IMG/VR virus record: IMGVR_UViG_3300001765_000069 | DNA length: 64,000 nucleotides | Direction: 5' to 3' (one strand) | DNA from: an uncultured virus (IMG/VR IMGVR_UViG_3300001765_000069) | Taxonomy: Duplodnaviria; Heunggongvirae; Uroviricota; Caudoviricetes | Shown here: piece by piece, positions 55,283 to 64,000 of the stretch | Layout of the letters: every line of letters begins with the position of its first letter | Position numbering within the stretch: the stretch's first letter is position 1 | Position numbers and translations under genes: made by a program | The notes under the pieces: generated by a model | The model's database searches: none | The model's input: only the letters and a program-made list of their open reading frames with translations | What the model was told of the DNA's origin: nothing

Positions 55283-55518
55283 TGCTTCCACAGAATAGCT
55301 CCCGCATCAGCCGAATGAAGAAAGAGGGCATAGCCAAGCGGGCTGGATTGCTGAAGAAAATGCCCAATGAGTTCACTGCCGCGCAATTAGCGACGGCTGC
55401 GGACCTCACGCCTGAAGCGGCAAGGGCGCAGGTTCAACGCATGTTGATGTGGAAGGATATCGTGCCGACCAGTGGCTATAAAACACCCCGTGTGTATCGG
55501 AAGATGTTGGCAGTCTAG
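55279..55518 (+). CDS. Small winged-helix DNA-binding protein
   Basis: FTAAQLATAADLTPEAARAQVQRM followed by a wing segment. Confidence 0.55.
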   Translation: MMLPQNSSRISRMKKEGIAKRAGLLKKMPNEFTAAQLATAADLTPEAARAQVQRMLMWKDIVPTSGYKTPRVYRKMLAV

Positions 55519-55655
55519 AATGCGTAGGCTGATCTGCTGGTTGTTAGGGCACAAATGGCGGACTTGGCTATCAACGTGGACGCTGCACCACAAGGGCAGA
55601 AAACTACCGAAGCGTTCGTATTTCTATAAGTGCAGCCGATGCGGAAGGAGAAGAC

Positions 55656-57053
55656 GTGACCCCCACTGAACTGGTTTACCAACACCACCCTCTGCCGTAC
55701 CCGCTCTATCAATTCCAGAGCAGTGCTGTGGACGAGCGGGCTGATTGTTCGAGGACTGGACTGTACTTCGACGTCGGCACAGGCAAGAGTCCAACCTCAA
55801 CGGTCATCGCGTTATACAAGAAGATCACCTCCGGCAAACTGACCATCGTTGTCATGCCTCCGATCCTGATCACGATGTGGAGTCGATTCCTCGCCAAGAT
55901 ACCTGGCATCACCCACTTGCAGTACCGCGGCTCGCCGAAGAAGCGTGCCGAGACGAGCTTGCAAGGGTATGACTTCATCCTGATGTCGATGCAAATCTTC
56001 AAGAAGGATTACGACCACTTGACCACGCAGTTGCGCAAGCGTGAGAAGTTATTAATCGTTGACGAGGCGACGAGCATCAAGAACGTGGAAAGCGACAACC
56101 ACCTGGCTGTCTCTCACTTGGCTACCGTCTGGGATGCTGAATTGTTGCTGCTGACTGGCACCCCGTTATCAACACCGATCGACGCGTATGCTTATATCAA
56201 ACTGACTGCGCCGGGTACTTACCGGACGTTGCAGCACTTCGAGAATGTTCACGTTGAGTCGAGAGACATCTTCAAAAAGGTTACCGAGTGGAAGAACCTG
56301 GACCTGGTGGCTGAGAATATGAGCAAGAACTCGATCCGAGTTCTACGTGAGGATGTGTTGAAGGAACTGCCGGACATCACCTATTCAACGCTGGATTACG
56401 AACTGGATCCTGCTCACTATCGGCTCTACAAGAAGCTGGCCGAGGAAGAGTTGTTGGAACTGGAGTCCGGCGGCAAGTTCGACGCTACTGCAGCGTCGGC
56501 TCTGTTCAACGCCTTGTCCCAGATCGTGTGCAACTGGGATCAGTTTGCCGAGGATCCAACCAAGGAATCAGCCATCTTCGAATTGATAGATGAGATCATG
56601 CAGGAGTTGGGCGGCAAGAAGCTATTGATCGTTGCCCGCTATAGGATGACAAATCGGCAGATAGTTACCCGTATGCAAAAGTATGGCGTGGTGGCCGTTT
56701 ATGGCGAACTCAGTCCCAAAAAGCAGCAGGAGAATGTCGACAGGTTCATCAACGACCCTACCTGTCAGCTACTGACGATGCAGTACTCCAGCGGAGGTTT
56801 CGGTATCGACGGGTTCCAGCACATCTGTCACGACATGCTGTTTGTGGAACTTCCTGACACCCCGCCGCAGTTCACTCAAGTGGTAGCCAGGCTCCAGCGC
56901 AGCGGCCAGCGTAACCCAGTCCATGTCAGAGTGGCCGTGGCCGACCGGACGACACAGGAACACAGACTTGACATCTTGATGGAGAAGGACACCTTGGTGA
57001 ACAAGGTCACCCGGTCCTACAAAGATTTGCGGGAGGCCATCTTTGGGAAGTAG
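55656..57053 (+). CDS. SNF2-like superfamily 2 helicase
   Basis: DVGTGKS, IVDEA, LTGTP and ARLQRSGQ motifs. Confidence 0.9.
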   Translation: MTPTELVYQHHPLPYPLYQFQSSAVDERADCSRTGLYFDVGTGKSPTSTVIALYKKITSGKLTIVVMPPILITMWSRFLAKIPGITHLQYRGSPKKRAETSLQGYDFILMSMQIFKKDYDHLTTQLRKREKLLIVDEATSIKNVESDNHLAVSHLATVWDAELLLLTGTPLSTPIDAYAYIKLTAPGTYRTLQHFENVHVESRDIFKKVTEWKNLDLVAENMSKNSIRVLREDVLKELPDITYSTLDYELDPAHYRLYKKLAEEELLELESGGKFDATAASALFNALSQIVCNWDQFAEDPTKESAIFELIDEIMQELGGKKLLIVARYRMTNRQIVTRMQKYGVVAVYGELSPKKQQENVDRFINDPTCQLLTMQYSSGGFGIDGFQHICHDMLFVELPDTPPQFTQVVARLQRSGQRNPVHVRVAVADRTTQEHRLDILMEKDTLVNKVTRSYKDLREAIFGK

Positions 57054-57146
57054 CCATAGAAAAATCTTATCAAACAATTGAATTGCTTTATGGGGCAGCG
57101 TCAGTAGAATCCTGACCCTGCACAGCTTAGACACCACTGGATTTAG

Positions 57147-57671
57147 ATGACCCCATCCTACCTTAGCGAAGAACAAAACGTGCTGAACCTGAACAACCAG
57201 GTATCCGCATCCGATGCGCAAGACTTTCAACGCCTCAAGTCCAGCCGGATCGAAGCAGCTTTCAAAGGACGCTTGCTCCTTGTTTACAAGCCTGACGGAC
57301 TTTCGTACGAAGGTCGCCACAAGTCTCCGAAGATTCTCGGTACGATCAAGTTTCACGAGTTCTTCTGCGATGGCCTTGACGGCGCAGACGTGCAAGTCGA
57401 AGACATGGATTCCGGTGAGAAGCAGTATGTCGGCCATGTCCCGGTGCGACTGTTTGAATACGACGTATTCATTCGCATCCCGCCAGTGTTCCGGCTACGC
57501 TGGGACGCTCGCAGTACAGATCAGGGAGTGATTCGCTCCATGGTGTTCCCAGTGGAGATTTTCACCCTGAATCCATCGCGTTCGTACAGCTTCGGCGTGA
57601 CCTACGCCGAGACGCCGAACCGGTGCAAAGAACTCTACCCGGACGAAAAACTAAACTTCAACAGGGGTTGA
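57147..57671 (+). CDS. Hypothetical protein in the replication module
   Basis: 174-aa ORF between helicase and primase. Confidence 0.55.
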   Translation: MTPSYLSEEQNVLNLNNQVSASDAQDFQRLKSSRIEAAFKGRLLLVYKPDGLSYEGRHKSPKILGTIKFHEFFCDGLDGADVQVEDMDSGEKQYVGHVPVRLFEYDVFIRIPPVFRLRWDARSTDQGVIRSMVFPVEIFTLNPSRSYSFGVTYAETPNRCKELYPDEKLNFNRG

Positions 57672-57674
57672 ACC

Positions 57675-60581
57675 ATGGCAGCTCAGCCGTGGTTTTTCTA
57701 CTACCAGGTGGAAGGTGGCGAGGACGACTGGTGCGCCGGTTCGGCCAGCGATCGTGAAGCCATCGTTGCCAGACACCAACCGAGGTACTGCACAGTCCTT
57801 GACGTTGACACCAACTTCGACGGGGACATAACCCGGGAAGATCAACTCAAGGCGCATTACCGAGGCGACCTCTACATCGACATTGATGTCTCCAAGGAGA
57901 TGGGTGGCATCGAAACGGCCATCCAGCGCGTCAACGCCGTACTTGACAAGTACGAGAAGGTCGGCTCCAAGCTGTCGTCGTTCCGCATTTTTGCCAGCGG
58001 CAGCAAGGGGTTCCATATCGAGATTCCCAGGCAGTCATTCATCCCCGTGGAGAACAAGGCGGGCTACAGCAAGCTGCCCCAGATATACAAGGAAATGGTG
58101 CATCTGCCGGAACTCTACGTCGACAGCATTGACGCACGTGTCTACTCATCCCAGCGTGGACGCATGTGGCGCACCACCAACGTGCAACGTGAGAATGGCA
58201 AGTACAAGGTTCAGGTCTCACTTGCCGAATGCCGCAGCCTCACCGTTGAGCAGTACGAAGAATTCGTAACCGCGCCGAGGCCGCTCCTGGCAACGGCAGA
58301 GCCGGAGTACTGCCCGGGCCTTGGAGTTGCCTTCCTCAAGGCGCAGGAGGGCGTGGATCGCAGGCTGAAGGCAGTCCTGAAGGCAAAGCTATCGCCTGAA
58401 CAGCTTGCTCGGTGGAAGAAGAAGCCGCCGGTCGAACTGAAGCGTTTGCTGGAGGGACATGTGAAGGAAGGTGCTGGGTTCCACCCGATCGCCGTGCAGC
58501 TGGCAATTGCAGCGACCTCGTTCGGCTGGACGCCAGAAGTGCTGATCGAACGCAGCCAGGCCCTGATTCAAAATCACCAAGGTGACGGAAATCGTTACGA
58601 CACCCCGTCAAAGCGGGAGCGTGAACTGATCAGGATGTGCCATTACTACGAGGGTGGCAGCGGGGTCTATTACGACTTTGCGCTGGCCCCGATCCGGGCA
58701 CTGCTGGAAGTCCCTGACGAAGACCCTGACGACGAGCCAGAGGCGCCGGCAGAAGAGGGCGACCCGGGTTACTCGGAGTCGGACATGTACCCCGATGCCG
58801 CTGACGCTGACGACGAAGAGGACATGATGAACCCGCTGCTCACCAGCGGTGTCAAGATTCGGCGCAACGGCCTCTACAAGACCATCGAAGGCAACGACAC
58901 CAAGGCCAGCGCAATCGGGTTTGATGAAGTCTGGATGATGGTTGACCAGTCGTCGGGCGACATCACTGGCTACCAGGCCGACATGTACCTAGACAACAAG
59001 CGTAGAGGTAAGAAGATCGTCACCATGTCGAACTTCACGTCACGTCAGAGTTTCCAAGGGTTTGCACTCAGCCATGGCGGCGCGTCTGTCCACCTGACGG
59101 ACTCTCAGGTCGTTGGCATGGCCGAGATATTTAGGCAGAAGGCAATGAGATCAGGCAAGGCCATCAGCATGCTTGGGCGTGAGGGTATGGATTACATCGT
59201 GCAACCAGACGGCAGCATCCATGCCGTCTACGTTTCACACGAGGAAACATTTACCAGTTCGCCAGGCACAGAGAAAAAGGATTACCGGCTGAAGCTGGCA
59301 GGTAGAGACTGTGTCCCGCTTGAGTCAGACTTGATGCACGCTCCCAGCCTGGAAGGTACTGAGGAAGAGAGGATGTTCCTAGACAACCTGTTCCGCATCA
59401 ACAAGAACGACAACGTCGGCAAGTTGTTGGGCTGGTTCAGCGCGGCGTTCTACAGTCAAGCCATCCGGATCCAGCGTCGTCAGTTCCCCCTGCTCCATGT
59501 CTACGGCACGGCCGGCGCCGGCAAGTCTCAGACGTGCATGCTGATGCTCAACATGCACTATTACCGAAAGCAGACTGAACTCAGCATGGCCACGGCGCTT
59601 ACACCGCATGCCATGAAGACGAGGTTGGCCAGCAGTGCATCGATCCCTATCGTGTGGGATGAGGTCAAGTTTCATGAGATGCGTAACGAGACAAAGAATC
59701 ACATCACTCAGTATCTGCGCAACAACTACACGGCGGCACGCACCGAGATGGGCGTGCTGAGGCGAGACACAGGCGTAAACAGCCTTGACATCCAGGTGCA
59801 TATCAACGCAGCGCCTCTGGTGTTCATTGGTGAAACGATGGAGACGGAAACTGCGATTGCTGAACGGTACGTGTCTGTAGCCTTGACCAAGCAGGAGCGC
59901 AACGGTGATGCGGGCCAGAAAGCGTTCAACTATTGCATGCGAAATCGGGCCATCTTTGCCAAGGTGGGCAAGACACTGGTGAGCGATGCACTGGTGCTTG
60001 ACATGGACGAGGTTTACGACGAGATCGAGGCCAATGAGGCCACGGTGGGCGCGTTGATACCTGGCAGGTCAACTGATGAGTCTCGTCGCATCTTCAACTA
60101 TGCCGTGATGATGTTTGGGCTGGACCGCTTCCTGAGGGTCGTGGATACCGCATTTCCCGGCGAATACACCGAGGTGATCGATACCTTGAAGGATGCTGTA
60201 TTAGCCAACATCGCTTCTGAGTTGCCAAGGAACATGTCGGAGTCCAGCAAGGTACTTGACACTATTGCCTTCCTGACAAAGAAGGAAACGGACGACGACT
60301 ACCGCTTGATCTTCGGCACCGATTACACGGTGATGGCCAATGCTGCGGACCTCAAGTTGCAGAATTGCTTCAACAAGTATTTGCGTTACAGCAAGGCTCA
60401 CGGTCAGGCCCCGTTGTTCCCCAGCTACGATCGGTTTGTGGCGGCGATGCGCAAGCATCCGGCTATCGTCGACACGATCTGCATGGACAACGAGGCATTG
60501 AAGGACTCCTCAAGGGTTGACGTGTTCCGGTTCGATACCGACGCGCTCGACACAGAAGGGGTGGATGTTTTCAGAAGCTAG
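57675..60581 (+). CDS. AEP primase fused to a P-loop helicase/ATPase
   Basis: YIDID and SGSKGFHI (AEP); acidic linker; Walker A GTAGAGKS, Walker B IVWDE. Confidence 0.85.
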   Translation: MAAQPWFFYYQVEGGEDDWCAGSASDREAIVARHQPRYCTVLDVDTNFDGDITREDQLKAHYRGDLYIDIDVSKEMGGIETAIQRVNAVLDKYEKVGSKLSSFRIFASGSKGFHIEIPRQSFIPVENKAGYSKLPQIYKEMVHLPELYVDSIDARVYSSQRGRMWRTTNVQRENGKYKVQVSLAECRSLTVEQYEEFVTAPRPLLATAEPEYCPGLGVAFLKAQEGVDRRLKAVLKAKLSPEQLARWKKKPPVELKRLLEGHVKEGAGFHPIAVQLAIAATSFGWTPEVLIERSQALIQNHQGDGNRYDTPSKRERELIRMCHYYEGGSGVYYDFALAPIRALLEVPDEDPDDEPEAPAEEGDPGYSESDMYPDAADADDEEDMMNPLLTSGVKIRRNGLYKTIEGNDTKASAIGFDEVWMMVDQSSGDITGYQADMYLDNKRRGKKIVTMSNFTSRQSFQGFALSHGGASVHLTDSQVVGMAEIFRQKAMRSGKAISMLGREGMDYIVQPDGSIHAVYVSHEETFTSSPGTEKKDYRLKLAGRDCVPLESDLMHAPSLEGTEEERMFLDNLFRINKNDNVGKLLGWFSAAFYSQAIRIQRRQFPLLHVYGTAGAGKSQTCMLMLNMHYYRKQTELSMATALTPHAMKTRLASSASIPIVWDEVKFHEMRNETKNHITQYLRNNYTAARTEMGVLRRDTGVNSLDIQVHINAAPLVFIGETMETETAIAERYVSVALTKQERNGDAGQKAFNYCMRNRAIFAKVGKTLVSDALVLDMDEVYDEIEANEATVGALIPGRSTDESRRIFNYAVMMFGLDRFLRVVDTAFPGEYTEVIDTLKDAVLANIASELPRNMSESSKVLDTIAFLTKKETDDDYRLIFGTDYTVMANAADLKLQNCFNKYLRYSKAHGQAPLFPSYDRFVAAMRKHPAIVDTICMDNEALKDSSRVDVFRFDTDALDTEGVDVFRS

Positions 60582-60611
60582 CCTATAAAGGAGTAGATGA
60601 TGAAAAAAATG

Positions 60612-60640
60612 TTGACGTTTATGAACATAGTGACTAATAT
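60612..60640 (+). promoter_or_regulatory. Sigma70-like promoter
   Basis: TTGACG-17 bp-TAATAT with an upstream A tract. Confidence 0.65.
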
Positions 60641-60697
60641 TACTGCTCGTGCTGCAGAACAGCATGAATCAAACCCGAACCCTTAAGGAGTATCAAA

Positions 60698-61432
60698 ATG
60701 GCACTGAGAAACGCTGAATCCGAAACCTTTGAAAACGTAGCCACTGCAACTGCAGAGACCAAGGCTGCACCCAAGATTGAACCTGAAATTAGTAACAGCA
60801 AACCTGGCTCTGCTGTAGCCGCTGCCGCGAAGACGGCCATCGGTGCGGCAATGAAGTTCAAGCCGGCCCTGTCCAGTTACGAGAACGTGATCGACGCATC
60901 CGACCTGTTTGGTGTGTTCCCAAAGATCATCGTCAACCTGGGCGGCTTCAAGATCGACGAGAACCGTCCGGAAGGCATGACTGACAAGCTCGGCCCCAGC
61001 ATCACCATCAACATGGCGAGTTGGAACAAGCGTTGGCTGGCAAGTCCCGGTAGCGATGATGCTGAAGCCAAGAAGTTCGTCAAGTATTCCAACGACGGCA
61101 AGGTCATCGCTGAAGATGGCTCCTCATTGGCCGATTACGTGGCCCACCTGAAGGAAGTCGAGGGCTTCAAGAACGCGTCGATCAAGGAATACTTCGCGAT
61201 CTGGGGCTTCATGACGGCCTACGGCACCACCGAGATCCCTCAGGTCGACCAGTGCATGGTCGAACTGCAGTGCAGCCCGCAGACGGTCGGCCAGTTCAAG
61301 CGTCACATGATCGAGCACGGCATGAAGGTGTCGCAAGGTCTGATGACCGAGTCCAGCGTGCTGAAGTGCCATGCCAAGCAGGGCAGCTTCAACTCCAAGG
61401 ACTTTGGCTACGCCAGCTTCACTGCCGGTTAA
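60698..61432 (+). CDS. Probable ssDNA-binding/replication protein
   Basis: Own promoter, strong RBS and terminator in the replication module. Function inferred from context. Confidence 0.45.
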   Translation: MALRNAESETFENVATATAETKAAPKIEPEISNSKPGSAVAAAAKTAIGAAMKFKPALSSYENVIDASDLFGVFPKIIVNLGGFKIDENRPEGMTDKLGPSITINMASWNKRWLASPGSDDAEAKKFVKYSNDGKVIAEDGSSLADYVAHLKEVEGFKNASIKEYFAIWGFMTAYGTTEIPQVDQCMVELQCSPQTVGQFKRHMIEHGMKVSQGLMTESSVLKCHAKQGSFNSKDFGYASFTAG

Positions 61433-61465
61433 CGAACCTCCCTGCTGGCTGCAATGCCAGCTTTT

Positions 61466-61492
61466 GACTCCACTTCGGTGGAGTCCTTTTTC
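61466..61492 (+). terminator. Rho-independent terminator
   Basis: GACTCCAC-TTCG-GTGGAGTC followed by CTTTTT. Confidence 0.85.
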
Positions 61493-61535
61493 GGTCAGGT
61501 TCAAACGAGCCTGCCAGACAAAGGAAGTTCCAACA

Positions 61536-62138
61536 ATGGCAGTAAGGTCACACGGGATGTCCGGGACACCAACTTATAGATCATGGGAAGCCATGGTCAG
61601 AAGGTGCAGTGTAGAAAAGGATCCGTCGTATGAGAATTACGGCGGACGCGGAATAACTGTATGTGAGAACTGGCTGTCGTTTGAAGGATTTTTCAAGGAT
61701 ATGGGATTGTGCCCACCTGGGCTCACCATTGACAGGTTGGACCCAAGCGGCCCGTATGCTCCGAATAACTGCAGGTGGGCAACCAGGCTGCAGCAAGGTG
61801 AAAACAGACGTGGTCACAAGTTTTTAGAGACTGCGATAGGGCCGGTGTTCCAAGCAGAAGCTGCACGGCTGAATGGCCTTAGTCCGGGAACGCTGCACGC
61901 TCGGATAAAGGCTGGATGGACGGATGCCGAGGCGACTACTGCAAAGCTTGGACACAAGCGGGATCTAGCCAGGAGTTGTGTATCTGACAAATTGATTAAT
62001 TTTGGTGGAGTGGAACTCCACCAAGCTGAAATGGCGAGGTTGCATGGGTTGTCCCCGGCAACTCTACATGCCAGATTAAAGCTTGGATGGAGTGAGGAGA
62101 AGGCTTTGACAACCCCAGCAAGAGGTAAGATATCTTGA
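61536..62138 (+). CDS. Free-standing HNH homing-endonuclease-like protein
   Basis: YGGRGITVC...TIDRLD...Y.P.NCRWAT plus two EAARL.GLSP.TLHAR repeats. Confidence 0.85.
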   Translation: MAVRSHGMSGTPTYRSWEAMVRRCSVEKDPSYENYGGRGITVCENWLSFEGFFKDMGLCPPGLTIDRLDPSGPYAPNNCRWATRLQQGENRRGHKFLETAIGPVFQAEAARLNGLSPGTLHARIKAGWTDAEATTAKLGHKRDLARSCVSDKLINFGGVELHQAEMARLHGLSPATLHARLKLGWSEEKALTTPARGKIS

Positions 62139-62485
62139 AAGAAATGATAAAGCCAGTGAGAAAGCTTATGGAAGCTTCTGGTCAGACATACCCCGATGAA
62201 TCCACTTCAGCCTTGTACATGAAGCTGATTGACGAAGAGTACAAGGAACTGAAGGATGCGACGAGCGACGTCGAGAGACTTGACGCGGTTTGTGACCTTA
62301 TGTGGGTCGCTGTAGGTTATGCCATTGCCAATGGTTGGCTGATCCGCACGGCATGGGACGAGGTTGCTCGATCCAACATGTCAAAGCTTGACCCGGAGAC
62401 CGGCAAGATGTTGCGACGTGATGACGGCAAGTACTTGAAAGGTCCAAACTACTCGGCTCCAGACTTGAAGAAGTTTCTGGCATGA
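62135..62485 (+). CDS. NTP pyrophosphohydrolase (MazG/PRA-PH-like)
   Basis: LIDEEYKEL...LDAVCDL...EVARSNMSK...DGKYLKGPNY. Confidence 0.85.
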   Translation: MKEMIKPVRKLMEASGQTYPDESTSALYMKLIDEEYKELKDATSDVERLDAVCDLMWVAVGYAIANGWLIRTAWDEVARSNMSKLDPETGKMLRRDDGKYLKGPNYSAPDLKKFLA

Positions 62486-63174
62486 GATTCTTTTTCCTTG
62501 ACACTGAAACCACAGGGTTCGGGCCTCAGTCCGCGATCTGTGAGATTGCCTGGGTTGAGACCGACGATCAACTGAACATCGTTGATCGCGTTCACAGCCT
62601 GATAGATCCGCAGATGCCGATCAGTGCCGGGGCCTCTGGCGTGCACGGCATCACCAACGAAGACGTTGCTGATGCGCCTACCCTTGATGAATTCCTAACC
62701 ATTGTGAAGCCCGGTGCTTTCGATGGAGAAATTGTTGTCGTAGCCCACAACGCTGCGTTCGACATGAAGTACGTTGGTCCGCTAGTCAGTTCACTCGCAG
62801 GCGTGATCTGCACGCTGAAGGTTGCTCGAAGGGTCTATCCCAACAACGAGGACCACAAGCTGCAGACACTGCGCTATGAATTGAATCTGAAGGTAGCGGG
62901 CGCCAACGCGCACTCTGCGGCCGGAGATGTCGAGGTCTTGGTTGCCCTTGTTCAAAAGATGATGGCAGACACTGGCCTCGACCTTGAAGGTCTCATTGCA
63001 CTCAGTAACAAACCGATGAAGCTTGTCAAGATGGCATTTGGCAAGCACAAAGGTGAGAAGCTGGAAGATTTACCCACTGAGTATGTCAACTGGCTGCTCA
63101 CTCAAGCAAAGATTGATGACGATCTACGCGCCACCCTTGTTGAAATTTTTGTAACCCCTGGAGAAACTGCATGA
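62482..63174 (+). CDS. DEDDh 3'-5' exonuclease (ExoX/DnaQ-like)
   Basis: DTETTG, AHNAAFD, HSAAGD; C-terminal FGKHKG...YVNWL. Confidence 0.9.
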   Translation: MRFFFLDTETTGFGPQSAICEIAWVETDDQLNIVDRVHSLIDPQMPISAGASGVHGITNEDVADAPTLDEFLTIVKPGAFDGEIVVVAHNAAFDMKYVGPLVSSLAGVICTLKVARRVYPNNEDHKLQTLRYELNLKVAGANAHSAAGDVEVLVALVQKMMADTGLDLEGLIALSNKPMKLVKMAFGKHKGEKLEDLPTEYVNWLLTQAKIDDDLRATLVEIFVTPGETA

Positions 63175-63497
63175 AAATCGCTCAAATCGTCACCACTTCC
63201 GACGGCAAGAAATTTACCGGTGAAGACGCCCTGTCCAAAGGCCAAGCTCACGAGAATGCGCTGAAGCTGTCAGCCTTGTTCAACGCCTTTGCCGACCACG
63301 CTGGCATGAAAGATGGCAAGACCGGCCGTCGCAAGGTCAGCCTTGAAATGATCGCCGCCTGGGAAGCTGCCCGTAACGACGGCACTCTGGACAAGCTGCA
63401 AGAAGAACTGGAAGCCGCAGCTGTTGTCGCTGCTGCTGATGCCGAGGCCGCTGCTGATGCCGAGGCTGCTGCTGATGCCGAGGCTGCTGAGGCCTAA
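63171..63497 (+). CDS. Hypothetical protein with (AADAEA)3 tail
   Basis: TSDGKKF motif; 18-bp tandem repeat near the 3' end. Confidence 0.6.
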   Translation: MKIAQIVTTSDGKKFTGEDALSKGQAHENALKLSALFNAFADHAGMKDGKTGRRKVSLEMIAAWEAARNDGTLDKLQEELEAAAVVAAADAEAAADAEAAADAEAAEA

Positions 63498-63518
63498 GCT
63501 TCGAACCGCTCGACGAAC

Positions 63519-63545
63519 AGGCCAGCCTTACCGCTGGCCTTTCTC
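63519..63545 (+). terminator. Probable terminator
   Basis: AGGCCAGC/GCTGGCCT followed by TTCT. Confidence 0.6.
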
Positions 63546-63557
63546 ATGGAGATTAGA

Positions 63558-64000
63558 TTGGACACGCAGATAGCCCTCAAGATCGCGCTGCAGTGGATTG
63601 TGGCAAGGGTTGGTAAACCTGATCACGACTTCAACGAGTTCACTACGGCAATACCATGCCCAGACCCGAGAATCCCACTTGACAAGTCCCACAGAATGCA
63701 CGAGGTGCTTGCAGCCCTCCGTTACCCGTTAGGCGTGTCAGATGCCTACAAGTTGGCTGAGCACTACCGGCTGATTGTGTCGAGGTTCACAAGGCCCACT
63801 TGTGAGACCAGTGTCAACGTGCCTATGCAGATGACCAAGTACTTACCGATTTCTGCCTGGAGAGCTAAGTATCTGTTTGGAGATGGTGATGGCAGCGTAA
63901 CTCGGCAACTTGCCGAGTTTGCTTATCGAACGGCGATAATGGCCAACGAACTGTACGGATGCCCACTGGTGTCCACAGATAAAGACTTCTACTCAACATG
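63558..64000 (+). CDS. Hypothetical protein, truncated by the window end
   Basis: GGAG RBS, TTG start, open to the edge. Confidence 0.45.
   Translation, partial: MDTQIALKIALQWIVARVGKPDHDFNEFTTAIPCPDPRIPLDKSHRMHEVLAALRYPLGVSDAYKLAEHYRLIVSRFTRPTCETSVNVPMQMTKYLPISAWRAKYLFGDGDGSVTRQLAEFAYRTAIMANELYGCPLVSTDKDFYST

Noticed and set aside
61440..62138. HNH gene as part of a group I intron
   Set aside because: Flanking genes are intact and the HNH follows a terminator with its own RBS, so it appears free-standing.

Overview
The whole window is one temperate, long-tailed (sipho-type) phage genome segment of a Gram-negative, probably proteobacterial, host. No host DNA is visible. At the left, a tyrosine integrase (cut by the window edge) sits beside an intact attP whose core matches a tRNA-Leu 3' end. 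A minus-strand late region follows (1-35.6 kb): GH19 endolysin, tail tip, tape measure, frameshifted chaperones, tail tube, neck, an ~8 kb accessory block with a 1295-aa 21-residue-repeat protein, nested Rz/Rz1 and holin, capsid, S49 protease/scaffold, portal, a promoter-repeat-flanked glycosyltransferase cassette, GpA-type terminase, and multi-HTH and double-RHH regulators. At the strand switch (35.6-39.2 kb) two different tandem arrays with an inverted shared core flank one orphan gene, followed by a Fis/IHF/iteron-rich non-coding tract. The plus strand then carries about 40 small early genes (RadC/JAB, a cytosine-MTase-like gene, GP88-like, KTSC) with structured leaders, and replication genes (SNF2-like helicase, AEP primase-helicase, probable SSB, HNH, MazG-like, DEDDh exonuclease). 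All family names come from motif recognition by eye, not from database searches. The best candidates for novelty are the double-array switch locus, the glycosyltransferase/fibre cassette together with the giant repeat protein, and a pseudoknotted RNA candidate at ~51.3 kb.
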